The notes under the pieces: generated by a model
Told to the model about the DNA's origin: nothing
Database searches by the model: none
What the model saw: only the letters and a program-made list of their open reading frames with translations
Shown here: piece after piece, positions 39,745-49,565 of the stretch
Numbering within the stretch: position 1 is the first letter of the stretch
How the letters are laid out: each line of letters starts with the position of its first letter
Assembly: GCA_002422525.1 (NCBI GenBank)
Contig: DIWA01000077.1
Location: 62,096 to 126,095, forward strand
DNA length: 64,000 nucleotides
DNA from: Candidatus Hydrogenedentes bacterium UBA6118
Lineage (GTDB): Bacteria; Hydrogenedentota; Hydrogenedentia; Hydrogenedentales; SLHB01
Reading direction: 5' to 3'
Made by a program: the position numbers and the translations under genes

Positions 39745-40596
39745 ATGAGCCGGAACTATGTGTATGGCACGCAGATCGAGGTCGTGGCGGAGCCCGAGGC
39801 GCGGGGAGGTTTCAGGCATGTGCTGCTTGACTTCGACGGGACGGTGAGTCTGCTGCGCGAGGGCTGGCCGAAGATCATGGCGCCGGTGATGGTGGAGATG
39901 ATCTGCGGCGATGCGGCGCCGACGGAGGCGATCCGGGCGCGCGTGGACGAGGTGATCGCCGAGACGACGGGCGTGCAGACGATCGTGCAGATGGAGCGGC
40001 TCGTGGAGCTGGTGCGGGAGTACGGGCTGGTTCCGCCGGACCAGATCCGCGACGCGATGTATTACAAGCAGGTGTACAATGACCGGCTGATGGTTCCGGT
40101 GCGGGAACGGATCGCGCGGATTGAATCGGGTGAGACGCCTCGCGACGACATGATGCTACGGGGGGCGCGTCGGTTTCTGGACGAACTCGCGGCGCGGCGC
40201 GGCGTGACGATGTACATCTTCAGCGGCACGGACCGGGAGGACGTCCGCCATGAGGCGTCCGTCTTGGGGGTGGACCACTACTTCGATGGCGGGATCTGGG
40301 GTTCCGTCGGCACGCTGGAGGACTACTCGAAGGAGAAGGTGCTGCGGGAGCTGTTCGCGGAACACGGGCTGCACGGCACGGAAGTGCTGGTGATCGGCGA
40401 CGGGCCGGTGGAGATCCAGAACGGACGGGATATCGGCTGCGTGACGGTCGGGGTGGCGTCGGACGAAGCGAGGGGCTTCGGCTGGGACGCGCGGAAGCGG
40501 GAACGGCTGATTCGCGCGGGGGCGAACGTGCTCGTGTCGGACTTCTCGGAGGCGGAGGCGCTGGCGGCGTATCTGTTTCCGGCCGAGGAGGACTGA
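39745..40596 (+). CDS. HAD-superfamily hydrolase
   Basis: start MSRNYVYG at 39745; motif I LLDFDGTV, motif IV GDGPVE. Confidence 0.7.
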   Translation: MSRNYVYGTQIEVVAEPEARGGFRHVLLDFDGTVSLLREGWPKIMAPVMVEMICGDAAPTEAIRARVDEVIAETTGVQTIVQMERLVELVREYGLVPPDQIRDAMYYKQVYNDRLMVPVRERIARIESGETPRDDMMLRGARRFLDELAARRGVTMYIFSGTDREDVRHEASVLGVDHYFDGGIWGSVGTLEDYSKEKVLRELFAEHGLHGTEVLVIGDGPVEIQNGRDIGCVTVGVASDEARGFGWDARKRERLIRAGANVLVSDFSEAEALAAYLFPAEED

Positions 40597-40689
40597 CGGA
40601 GGCGGCGGTCTGCCTGGAGGGCGGCGCGTGGATGCGGCAGGGGACTCGCGGCGGGACAAGGTTCCTTGCATATGGCCCGGCATCCGGCG

Positions 40690-40714
40690 CATGTTAAACC
40701 TTGCCTTTAACATG
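40690..40714. promoter_or_regulatory. AT-rich palindrome CATGTTAAA-N7-TTTAACATG upstream of fic
   Basis: perfect 9-bp arms; 38 nt upstream of Fic ATG at 40752. Confidence 0.45.
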
Positions 40715-40751
40715 GAGCCGGAATCCGCGTGTACTAAAGCGAGCGCAACGT

Positions 40752-41939
40752 ATGGAAGCAGGCAACGAGAGGGCGGCCCGCCGCGCGCGCGCCGGACGCT
40801 ATATCGAGCAGGTCGGCGGCTACCGCGCCTTCATCCCGAGTCCGCTGCCGCCCGACCCGCCGGTGGACCCGCGGGGGCTGCACGCCCTGCTCTCACGGGC
40901 TGACCGCGCCCTTGGACGGCTCGACGGGTCCATCTACACGCTCCCGAACCCCGACCTTTTCGTCGCCATGTATGTCCGTAAGGAGGCCGTCCTCTCGAGC
41001 CAGATCGAGGGGACTCAGAGTTCCCTCCAGGATGTCTTGGCTGCCGAGGCCAAGGTGCTGGACCCCGAGCGCCCCAGCGACGTGGACGAGGTGTTCAACT
41101 ACGTGGCCGCGATGAACTACGGCCTGGAGCGCCTGGCATCCTTGCCCCTATCCGTGCGCCTCATTCGCGAGATCCACGAGCGATTGCTGCGAGGCGTCCG
41201 AGGTTCCCACGCGACCCCCGGGGAGCTCCGCAACAGCCAGAACTGGATCGGCGCCAGCGGATGCACGCTCAGCGAAGCCGTCTTCGTCCCGCCTCCGCCT
41301 CACGAGGTCCCTAAGCTGCTTTCAGACCTTGAACGCTTTCTGCACCGCGAGACCGACTTGCCCCTGCTGGTCAAGATCGGCCTCGCGCACGCGCAGTTCG
41401 AGACGATCCACCCGTTCCTGGATGGCAACGGGCGAGTCGGTCGCCTGCTTATCACTTTCCTGCTCTGCAATGAGCACGTTTTGCAGAAGCCCGTCCTGTA
41501 TCTGTCGTGGTATTTCAAACGGCATCGCCAGGAGTACTACGACCGTCTCCAAGCGGTTCGCGATGATGGAGACTGGGAAGCCTGGATCGCCTTCTTCCTG
41601 CGAGGCGTCGCGGATGTCAGCGGACAGGCCACGGAGACGGCGCGCCGACTGCTGACCATGCGCGAGGAGCACCGCGACCGGGTGACCCAGTCCCTCGGCC
41701 GCGCCGCGGGGAACGGCCATCGCACCCTCGAGTATCTCTACGAACACCCGATTGTGACTGTCAATGACGTGAAGAGACTGGTCGGTTCCACCTATCCCGC
41801 AGCGAACGACCTGGTTGCTCGGTTGGTTGAGGAGGGGATTCTCAGCGAGATGACCGGCCAGAAGCGAAACCGACGGTTTGTCTACCGTGAGTACCTCGCT
41901 GTGTTCCACGACGGCGATTCGCAGGAGTCCCCGGATTAG
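40752..41939 (+). CDS. fic: Fic-family AMP-transferase (class II, N-terminal inhibitory motif) with C-terminal winged helix
   Basis: HPFLDGNGRVGR canonical Fic motif; SSQIEG fits the (S/T)xxxE(G/N) inhibitory helix motif; SoFic-like architecture. Confidence 0.85.
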   Translation: MEAGNERAARRARAGRYIEQVGGYRAFIPSPLPPDPPVDPRGLHALLSRADRALGRLDGSIYTLPNPDLFVAMYVRKEAVLSSQIEGTQSSLQDVLAAEAKVLDPERPSDVDEVFNYVAAMNYGLERLASLPLSVRLIREIHERLLRGVRGSHATPGELRNSQNWIGASGCTLSEAVFVPPPPHEVPKLLSDLERFLHRETDLPLLVKIGLAHAQFETIHPFLDGNGRVGRLLITFLLCNEHVLQKPVLYLSWYFKRHRQEYYDRLQAVRDDGDWEAWIAFFLRGVADVSGQATETARRLLTMREEHRDRVTQSLGRAAGNGHRTLEYLYEHPIVTVNDVKRLVGSTYPAANDLVARLVEEGILSEMTGQKRNRRFVYREYLAVFHDGDSQESPD

Positions 41940-42012
41940 CGGCCCGCTCCGCGATCTGGTCTGGCGTGCATGCACGAGACTACGCGCGCGGGGCGTCCCT
42001 GGCTCAAATCGA

Positions 42013-42041
42013 TTGACAGTTCCGGGGGCGGGGACTAGAAT
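42013..42041 (+). promoter_or_regulatory. sigma-70 consensus promoter TTGACA-N17-TAGAAT for nfeD-flotillin operon
   Basis: TTGACA 42013-42018, TAGAAT 42036-42041; 70 nt upstream of nfeD ATG. Confidence 0.6.
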
Positions 42042-42110
42042 CAGGGCGCGATTCGGGTTCATCGGGGTATCTGGGCTGCGGTCCCTCCTCGGGAGGAAAG
42101 GCGGTCCTCT

Positions 42111-42677
42111 ATGTTCGTGTTCTACGTTGTCTGTGCCGTGGTCGGCGGAGCGCTCATGATCTTCCAGTTCGTGATGCTCTTGCTCGGCCTCGAGCACGAC
42201 GCCGGGGACTTGGATGTGATCGATGCAGGCGATCTGCACGACGGGTCTGAGTTTTTCGGCGTTCTCTCCATTCGGACGGTCACCACGGCCGTCGCATTCT
42301 TCGGCATCGCGGGCATGGCCGGCACGGCGGCGCGGTTGGGGACGTATGTCTCTTTCCTGCTGGCCGTTGCGGTCGGGATGTGCGCGTTGCTGCTCATCGC
42401 ATGGCTGATGCGGATGCTTTTCCGTTTGCAGAGCGCAGGTAATGTGCGCATCGACAACGCGTTGGGCGCGTCGGGCACGGTGTACCTGGGGATCCCGGGG
42501 CATCGCCGCGGGCACGGCAAGGTGACGGTGTCGGTGCAGCGGCGCACGATGGAGTATCCCGCGGTGACGGCGGGCGAGACGTTGGCGACGGGCACGCCCG
42601 TGACGGTGGTTGGGATTGTGGGCTCCGACACGCTCGAGGTGGCGGCGGAGGAAGACGACCAGGGGGTTGAGCGATGA
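42111..42677 (+). CDS. NfeD-like membrane protein (YqiJ-type)
   Basis: two hydrophobic segments plus C-terminal OB-like beta region; 4-bp ATGA overlap with flotillin gene. Confidence 0.65.
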   Translation: MFVFYVVCAVVGGALMIFQFVMLLLGLEHDAGDLDVIDAGDLHDGSEFFGVLSIRTVTTAVAFFGIAGMAGTAARLGTYVSFLLAVAVGMCALLLIAWLMRMLFRLQSAGNVRIDNALGASGTVYLGIPGHRRGHGKVTVSVQRRTMEYPAVTAGETLATGTPVTVVGIVGSDTLEVAAEEDDQGVER

Positions 42678-44335
42678 ACGAGGCGGTGATCTATGTGGGG
42701 TTGGGGCTGATCCTGGCGTTCTTCGCGCTGGTCAGTCTGCTCATGCTGTTGGTGAAGCGGTACAAGCGGTGCCCGAGCAACGCGGTGCTGGTGATGTACG
42801 GCAAGGTGGGGGGCGGCGGCAGCGCGAAGTGCATCCATGGCGGGGCGGCGTTCGTGTGGCCGCTGATCCAGGACTACGCGTTCTTGAGCCTGGAGCCGAT
42901 CCAGATCGAGGTGCCGCTGAAGGACGCGCTGTCGTTCGAGAACATCCGGGTGAACGTGCCGAGCGTGTTCACGGTGGCGATCGGCACGGAGCCGGAGCTG
43001 ATGCAGAACGCGGCGATTCGCCTGCTGGGCTTGCAGACGCCGGATATCAAGAAGCAGGCGGAGGACATCATTTTCGGACAGATGCGGCAGGTGATTGCGT
43101 CGATGGGGATCGAGGAGATCAACCGCGACCGGGAAGTGTTTCTGCATAACATTCAGAACTCGCTCGAACCGGAGCTGCTGAAGATCGGGCTCGTGCTGAT
43201 CAATGTGAACATCACGGACATCACGGATGAGTCCGGGTATATCGAAGCGATCGGGCAGAAGGCGGCGTCGCAGGCGGTGCAGCAGGCGCGCGGCGATGTG
43301 GCGGAGCAGGAGAAGCTGGGCGAGGTTCGCGTGGCGGAGGCTGAGCGCGACAAGCTCGTGCAGGTGGCGGAGGCGACGAAGCAGCGCGAAGTGGGCGTGC
43401 GGTTGGCGCAACGCGACCAGGCGGTGCGCGTGGCGGAGCTGGAGCGCGATCAGCAGGTCGGAGAGCGGGCCGCGGGGTTCGAGCGCGACGCGCAGGTGAA
43501 AGACCGCGAGCGGCAGATGCGCATCGAGGTGGCCGCGGCGAACGCGCGCGCGGAGCAGGGCGAGAAGGAGGCGGAACGCGATCGGCGTGTGGCGGTGGCC
43601 GTGGCGGAGGCGACGGCGATCGAGGGCGAGAACACGTCGCAGGCGTCGGTCGTGGCGTCCAATGCGGACCTGCAAGTGAAGGAAGCGGAGGCGTACCAGC
43701 TTGCGGAGACGCGGCGTCGCGAGGCGGAGGCGTCGGTGCAGGAGGCGCAGAACCTGGCGATGGCCAAGGCGGCGCTGGCGGAAGCCGAACGCGTGGAGGC
43801 CGAGCAGCGGGCGAAGCTGGAAGCGCCGGCGAAGGCGCAGAAGGCGCAGACGATCGTGGCGGCCGAGGCGGTGAAGGAGCGGCGGCGGATCGAGGCCGAA
43901 GGGGAGGCGTCGGCCATCTTCGCGCGGCTCGAGGCGGAGGCCAAGGGCGAATACGAGAAGCTGGCGCGGAAAGCGGATGGTCTGCGGCAAATCGTCGAGG
44001 CGTGCGGCGGGTCGAACCAGGCGTTCCAGATGTTGATGCTGGAGCATCTGGAGCATCTCGCGGACGCGTCGGCGCGGGCGATCTCGAACATCAAGTTCGA
44101 CAAGGTGGTCGTGTGGGAGACCGGCGGGGCGAACGGCGCGAGCAGCACGGCGAAGTTCCTGCAGGGGCTCGCGCATTCGTTGCCTCCGATGATGCAGGTG
44201 ATGCGGGATATCGGCGGCGTGGAGATGCCGGACTACCTGGCGAAGCTGCAACCGGCGCCGATGGACGGGTCGGAGGAGAAGGCGGAACCGGGGGAACCGG
44301 CGGCGGCGGCGACGCCGGAGGGGCCGCAGGAATAG
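42674..44335 (+). CDS. flotillin / SPFH (band-7) family protein (YqiK-like)
   Basis: N-terminal TM, SPFH domain, long E/A/R/Q-rich coiled-coil (EAERDKLVQVAEATKQRE...), C-terminal flotillin tail. Confidence 0.85.
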   Translation: MNEAVIYVGLGLILAFFALVSLLMLLVKRYKRCPSNAVLVMYGKVGGGGSAKCIHGGAAFVWPLIQDYAFLSLEPIQIEVPLKDALSFENIRVNVPSVFTVAIGTEPELMQNAAIRLLGLQTPDIKKQAEDIIFGQMRQVIASMGIEEINRDREVFLHNIQNSLEPELLKIGLVLINVNITDITDESGYIEAIGQKAASQAVQQARGDVAEQEKLGEVRVAEAERDKLVQVAEATKQREVGVRLAQRDQAVRVAELERDQQVGERAAGFERDAQVKDRERQMRIEVAAANARAEQGEKEAERDRRVAVAVAEATAIEGENTSQASVVASNADLQVKEAEAYQLAETRRREAEASVQEAQNLAMAKAALAEAERVEAEQRAKLEAPAKAQKAQTIVAAEAVKERRRIEAEGEASAIFARLEAEAKGEYEKLARKADGLRQIVEACGGSNQAFQMLMLEHLEHLADASARAISNIKFDKVVVWETGGANGASSTAKFLQGLAHSLPPMMQVMRDIGGVEMPDYLAKLQPAPMDGSEEKAEPGEPAAAATPEGPQE

Positions 44336-44462
44336 CGAGTGACCATGGAGACCGCCCCGCCCCGGGTTCGACCTGGGGAACGGGGCGGCGTGATGATGCG
44401 CGGGGCGGCGGGGTCGGGAGATCCCGCCGCAACGATGCAGGCGCGGCGATACGCAGGAGCCT

Positions 44463-44945
44463 ATGAAGCAGCAGAGCGGACAGAAGATCGTGACCGAGAA
44501 CCGCCGGGCGCGGCATGACTACCACGTGTTGGAGCGGTTCGAGGCGGGCATCGCGTTGCGCGGCACGGAGGTGAAGTCGCTGCGGGACGGCAAGATGATG
44601 TTGAAGGACAGCTATGCGGAGGTGCGGCAGGGCGAGATGTACCTGGTCGGGGCGCACATCAGTCCGTATGAGCAGGGGAACCTGTATAACCACGAGCCGG
44701 AGCGGGCGCGCAAGCTGCTGCTGCACAAGCGGGAGATCCTGCGGTTGGGGGCGCAGGTCGCGGAGAAGGGGCTGACGGTCGTGCCGCTGCGGGTGTATTT
44801 CACGAAGGGCATCGCGAAGGTGGAGCTGGGGCTGTGTCGCGGCAAGCAGAGCATCGACAAGCGGGCGACCGTGCGCGAACGCGATGCGAAGCGCGAGTTG
44901 GACCGGGCGGTGAAGCAGTTCACGCGGCGGAAGGCGGACGACTGA
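44463..44945 (+). CDS. smpB: SsrA-binding protein
   Basis: NRRARHDYHVLERFEAGIALRGTEVKSLR and HKREI SmpB signatures. Confidence 0.9.
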   Translation: MKQQSGQKIVTENRRARHDYHVLERFEAGIALRGTEVKSLRDGKMMLKDSYAEVRQGEMYLVGAHISPYEQGNLYNHEPERARKLLLHKREILRLGAQVAEKGLTVVPLRVYFTKGIAKVELGLCRGKQSIDKRATVRERDAKRELDRAVKQFTRRKADD

Positions 44946-44960
44946 CTGGGGACTTGACGG

Positions 44961-45812
44961 CTACGCTTTGAGGGCGCCGCTGGTGATGCCCTTCATGAAC
45001 AGACGGGTGCAGGTCATGAAGAGGATGCCCAGGGGGATCGCGGACACGGTGTAGCCGGCGAACATGCGGCCGTACATGCCGCCGACGCGGTTGGTGTAGC
45101 GCAGCATGCCGACGGTGAGGACGATGACGTCCTCGCTGGAGGTGGTGACCAGCGGCCAGAGGAACTGGTTCCAGACGCCGAGGGCGCTGACGATGGCCAC
45201 GACGCCGAAGACGGGCCTGGCGAGGGGCAGGCCGACGTGCCAGAGCTGGCGGAGCAGGCCGGCGCCGTCGACCTCAGCGGCCTCGAACAGGCCGTTGTCG
45301 ATCTGCCCGAAGAATCCCCGCAAGAGATAGATGCCGAGGACCTGTCCGCCGGCGATGTAGGGCAGGATCATGACGAAGTAGGTGTCGGTGAGCTTGAGCT
45401 GGTTCACCCAGACGAACGAGGGCACGAGGGTCAGGGCCGGGGGGATCATCATGAGGGCGATGATGGCGTAGTAGAGGGTCTCGCGTCCGGGGAACTCGTA
45501 GCGGGCGAAGATGAAGCCGCCGAGGGCCGAGAAGGTGAGGATGCCGACGATGCTGATGGCGGTGACGAAGAGGCTGTTCCAGATGTAGGCCTTCATGTCG
45601 TCGAAGGCGTGGTAGTAGTTGGCCCATTCGGGGGGCCAACTGGGCAGCCAGAACGAGTGGTAGAACTGGTGGGTGTCCTTGAGGGAGGTCATGACCATGA
45701 AGATGAAGGGGTAGAACGTCAGGATCAGGATCGCCGCGAGGCCGACCCGCCATGCGATGGCGCCGACGGAGATGCGTCGTCGGGAATGGGGAACGCTTTG
45801 GAGTGGGGCCAT
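44961..45812 (-). CDS. carbohydrate ABC transporter permease (MalG-like)
   Basis: 6 TM; binding-protein-dependent transporter inner-membrane EAA-type loop region. Confidence 0.8.
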   Translation of the reverse strand: MAPLQSVPHSRRRISVGAIAWRVGLAAILILTFYPFIFMVMTSLKDTHQFYHSFWLPSWPPEWANYYHAFDDMKAYIWNSLFVTAISIVGILTFSALGGFIFARYEFPGRETLYYAIIALMMIPPALTLVPSFVWVNQLKLTDTYFVMILPYIAGGQVLGIYLLRGFFGQIDNGLFEAAEVDGAGLLRQLWHVGLPLARPVFGVVAIVSALGVWNQFLWPLVTTSSEDVIVLTVGMLRYTNRVGGMYGRMFAGYTVSAIPLGILFMTCTRLFMKGITSGALKA

Positions 45813-45815
45813 GGG

Positions 45816-46793
45816 TCAGCCTCCGGATGCGTAGTCGCTGCGGACCAGCCGGTTCATGAGGAGGGTAAAGGTGAGCAGGAAGGCGAGCATGACGAGGCCG
45901 ATCGCGCAGGCATAGCCCATGCGCTGATACGAGAAGCCGTTGAAGAACATGTGCAGTCCGGGGACCATGGTGGCGTAGCCCGGGCCGCCGTCCTGGGTGA
46001 GGATGTATATCGACTCGAACCCGTTGACGACGGTGATGGCGGTGAAGATGACGAGCAGCTTGACCTGCTCGAGGATGAGCGGGATGTGTATGCGGAAGAT
46101 GCGGCCGAGCGGTCCGAGTCCGTCGAGGTCGGCGGCTTCGATGATGCCTTGGGGGATGTTGGCGAGACCGGCGTAGTAGATGAGCACGTGGAAGCCGGAG
46201 GCGAAGGGGAAGCCGACGAAGGCGACGGCCCAGAGGGCGGTCTTGGGATGGGAGAGCCAGCCGTAGATCCAGTCGTGCAGGCCGAGGGCGGTGAGCAGCT
46301 CGGTGAGGATGCCGGCGTCGCTGTAGATGTAGCGCCAGATCATGAAGACGACGACGCCGGGGACGATCATGGGGAGGACGACGGCCACGCGGCAGAGGTA
46401 GCTGGCGCGATCCGACTTCAGGTGGTAGATCATCTCGGCGACGATGAACGGGACGGTGAGGAGGGCGATGAACATGAACGAGCCGAGGCGCGCGAGGTTA
46501 TAGACGCTCTGGATCAGCACGGGGTCGGTGAGCATTTCGCGGAAATTCGCGAGACCGATCCACTCGCTCTCGGCGCCGACGTCCCAGCGGGTGAACGCGT
46601 GGTAGAGCGCGGATATGGCGGGGACGTAGTTAAAGACGACGAGGAACGCGACCGGCCCGAGGAGCAGGAGGTAGATGAGCGCGAGCGGGGCCTGCCCGCG
46701 GCGGGCGCTGGGTTTGCGGGTGCGCCGCGGCTCGGGCTTCGTGCTCACGGGGAGCGTCGGGACGGGCAGCTCAGGGGATGGGCTCGAGTTCAT
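45816..46793 (-). CDS. carbohydrate ABC transporter permease (MalF-like)
   Basis: 6 TM permease; adjacent to MalG-like gene and the solute-binding protein. Confidence 0.8.
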   Translation of the reverse strand: MNSSPSPELPVPTLPVSTKPEPRRTRKPSARRGQAPLALIYLLLLGPVAFLVVFNYVPAISALYHAFTRWDVGAESEWIGLANFREMLTDPVLIQSVYNLARLGSFMFIALLTVPFIVAEMIYHLKSDRASYLCRVAVVLPMIVPGVVVFMIWRYIYSDAGILTELLTALGLHDWIYGWLSHPKTALWAVAFVGFPFASGFHVLIYYAGLANIPQGIIEAADLDGLGPLGRIFRIHIPLILEQVKLLVIFTAITVVNGFESIYILTQDGGPGYATMVPGLHMFFNGFSYQRMGYACAIGLVMLAFLLTFTLLMNRLVRSDYASGG

Positions 46794-48297
46794 GCAGCAG
46801 CAACTCCTCGCGTTGGGCCCACGTCTTTTCCATGGCCTCGAAGTCCCATCCCATGTCGTCCTGGTGGTCGGTCACCCATGCGGCGAAGTTCTCTTCGAGC
46901 ATGACGAGAAACTCGTCGAGGGTGCAGCCGTCGTTGAGGTAGTAATCGAGCATCCGGCGCCAGAACTTCTTGTACTCGCCGTCCATGGACTCGAGCCATT
47001 TGATGGCGCAGTACTGACGCTCGAAGATGTCCTGGAAGGGGGCCAGGCGTTCGTCCGTCTTTGCGCCGACGACGTTGGGGATGTAGACGAGGGCCTCGGA
47101 AGCGAGGCGCTCGATGTTCTGCGGCGCGGTGAGGAACATGAGCCAGTCGATGCAATCCTCGACGTTGTCGTTCAGGAGGGCGCTGTTGGTGACGTGAAGC
47201 TGGACCGCGGCGCCGCCGATGACGGTGGCGGGCGTGCCTGCGCCGTAGGGGCTGGTCTCTTGCGTGATGGTGGGGATGTAGCCCACGCCCCACTCGAAGT
47301 CGATGAAGGGGTCGGTGGCCATACGGCGCACGAACCAGGAGCCGTTCCAGTACATGGCGAGGCGTTCGGTGAGGAAGAGGCGGTCGGGGTCGGTGTTCTT
47401 GAGTTCCTGGGCCCAGCCCTCACGCCACTCGCGGAGCATGCGGTTCATTTCGCGCCAGCGGGGGTCGCGTCGCGTGAAGAAGCCCTTGGTGAAAAGGAAC
47501 CCTGCCTCGGCGGCCTCGAGGTAGTGGCCGAGGTAGCCTTGGGCGTCGGCGCGCGAGGCGACGAGGTCCATCTGGGGGAGAATGTCGTGATAGAGGAGCT
47601 CGAAGATGATGTCCTGGCCCCAGTCTGAGGCGAGATTGCCGCCGGCGGTGAAGGGGATGGTTCCGTCTTCCTTGATCCGCGCGTTGAGCTCGAGCATCTC
47701 GTCCCAGGTATCGGGCGGCTCTTCATAGCCGTAGGTGCGCAGGATGTCCTTGTTGTAGAAGACGCCGGTCTCGACGATGTCGATGGGGACGCAGTAGAGC
47801 TTGCCGTCGGGGGCGCGCTTGGCGCCGACGAGGGCCTGATTCTTGAAGGAGTCGATCCAACGTTCGTTGCCGGGAATGTAGGGGTTGGGGCGTTCCATGT
47901 ATTCGTCGAGGGGCACGAACCAGCCCTTATCGACGTCGGGCCATGCGACCTCGGCGTTCATGCTGACGATCTCGGGGGCCATGCCGCCGATGAGCTGCGT
48001 CTTGAGCCACTCGCCCTCGCTGCTGCCGGTGTTGATGAGCTGCTGGAAGACGATGTCGCGGCCGCCGCGTTGGGCGCGCCACTCCTTGGCGAGTTCGGAG
48101 GCCATCTTGACCGGGTCGCCGATGCCCTGGGGGATGGTGCCGGGCGTGTAGAGGTTGAGATCGACGCGGAGCGCGCGTCCGGAGGACGGCCGGCCAGACA
48201 GGGCCGCGCCGTCGGACTCGTCGGACGAGCATCCGACCAGACATGCGGCGGTTGCGGCGATGATGATGATGATGATGAAGATGGAGCGAATTCTCAT
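46771..48297 (-). CDS. extracellular solute-binding lipoprotein of sugar ABC transporter
   Basis: start MRIRSIFIIIIIIAATAACLVGCSS (lipobox) after GGAGGG; the 1044-aa ORF-track extension upstream is artefact. Confidence 0.8.
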   Translation of the reverse strand: MRIRSIFIIIIIIAATAACLVGCSSDESDGAALSGRPSSGRALRVDLNLYTPGTIPQGIGDPVKMASELAKEWRAQRGGRDIVFQQLINTGSSEGEWLKTQLIGGMAPEIVSMNAEVAWPDVDKGWFVPLDEYMERPNPYIPGNERWIDSFKNQALVGAKRAPDGKLYCVPIDIVETGVFYNKDILRTYGYEEPPDTWDEMLELNARIKEDGTIPFTAGGNLASDWGQDIIFELLYHDILPQMDLVASRADAQGYLGHYLEAAEAGFLFTKGFFTRRDPRWREMNRMLREWREGWAQELKNTDPDRLFLTERLAMYWNGSWFVRRMATDPFIDFEWGVGYIPTITQETSPYGAGTPATVIGGAAVQLHVTNSALLNDNVEDCIDWLMFLTAPQNIERLASEALVYIPNVVGAKTDERLAPFQDIFERQYCAIKWLESMDGEYKKFWRRMLDYYLNDGCTLDEFLVMLEENFAAWVTDHQDDMGWDFEAMEKTWAQREELLLHELEPIP

Positions 48298-48449
48298 TTT
48301 CCCTCGGAGAGGCGGCGTCGGACAGGGCCGACAGGCCGTTGAGATGCGCGGGATTCTCCCCGGAATGACCGCGCTCGAACGCACATATGATGGGGCAAGC
48401 GGGCGGCCCGGGTCAAATGGACGCAGATCGCGGCGGCATCGCGGGGCGG

Positions 48450-49565
48450 TCAGTCGAGGGTTTTGTGGAAGCGGGACGCGGCGAGGCCGAGGAGGAAGAT
48501 CCCCATGCCGGTGAGGATGATGACCTGGGGGAGGAGGTCGTAGAAGCCGGCGCCGCGCAGGATGATGCCGCGAAGGATGCGGATGTAATAGGTGGCGGGC
48601 AGGGCTTGGCCGAGCCAGTAGATCGGGGTGGGCATGGACTCGAGGGGGAACATGAAGCCGGACAGGAGCACGGACGGCAGGATGAAGATGAAGGCGAACT
48701 GAACGGCCTGGATCTGGTTGGAGGCGAGGGTGGAAGTGAGCAGGCCCATGCCGAGCGCCGTGAAGAGGAACGAGAGGGAGAACAGGGCGAGGAGCGTGAT
48801 GCTGCCGGCGATGGGCACCTGGAACAGGCCGACCATGATGACGAGGGTGATGGCGGTTTCGAGGACGCCGATGACGGCGTAAGGGATGAGTTTGCCCAGG
48901 AGGAGCCCGAGGCGGGACACGGGGGTGACCATGAGCTGTTCGAGGGTGCCGGCCTCTTTCTCGCGGACGATGGCGAGGGCGGTGAGCATGAGGGTGACCT
49001 GTTGCATGGTAACGGCGACGAGGCCGGGGATCATGAAGTTCGGGGTCTTCATGTCGGGGTTGAAGAGCACGCGGGGGCGGATCTCGACGGGCGGCTTGCT
49101 GGGGGCGTCGAGCGATTTGGCGATGATGCTGAGGGATTTCTGGAGGGCGATGGCGTTGACGACTTGCAGGGCCTGCATGGCGACGGTCGAGTCGCTGCCG
49201 TCCAGGAGGACCTGCACGGTGGCGCTGCCGCCGCGGACGAGCTGGTCGGTGTAGTCCGGGGGGATCTTGACGGCGACGCTGCACCGGCCGCGAACGATGG
49301 CCTCGTTGAGCGCGACGTCGGAGTGGACGAACTCCTTGAGGGTGAAGAAGCCGGAGTTCTGGAGCATGTCCTCGAACTCGCGGCTGTCGCGGCGGCCGTC
49401 GAGGTTGTACACGGCCGTGGGGATGTTGCTGACTTCGAGATCGATGGCGTAGCCGAAGATGGTCATGTCCATGCCGGGGATGAGGAGCATGAGGAACAGG
49501 GTCTTCGGGTCGCGGATGATGTGGAACATCTCTTTGTAGATGATGGATGTGAGGCCTCGGAACAT
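48450..49565 (-). CDS. ABC-2 type transporter permease
   Basis: N-terminal TM, large extracytoplasmic loop, five C-terminal TM (YhhJ/YbhR-like). Confidence 0.75.
   Translation of the reverse strand: MFRGLTSIIYKEMFHIIRDPKTLFLMLLIPGMDMTIFGYAIDLEVSNIPTAVYNLDGRRDSREFEDMLQNSGFFTLKEFVHSDVALNEAIVRGRCSVAVKIPPDYTDQLVRGGSATVQVLLDGSDSTVAMQALQVVNAIALQKSLSIIAKSLDAPSKPPVEIRPRVLFNPDMKTPNFMIPGLVAVTMQQVTLMLTALAIVREKEAGTLEQLMVTPVSRLGLLLGKLIPYAVIGVLETAITLVIMVGLFQVPIAGSITLLALFSLSFLFTALGMGLLTSTLASNQIQAVQFAFIFILPSVLLSGFMFPLESMPTPIYWLGQALPATYYIRILRGIILRGAGFYDLLPQVIILTGMGIFLLGLAASRFHKTLD

Noticed and set aside
42122-44251. 709-aa minus-strand ORF antisense to nfeD-flotillin
   Set aside because: Antisense to genes with strong SPFH/flotillin features; Arg/Leu/His-rich.
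44336-44462. tRNA-like GGTTCGA motif and GC hairpin between flotillin and smpB; possibility of tmRNA next to smpB
   Set aside because: No acceptor or anticodon arms can be built around the motif. 127 nt is far too short for ssrA. The hairpin lacks a U-tract.
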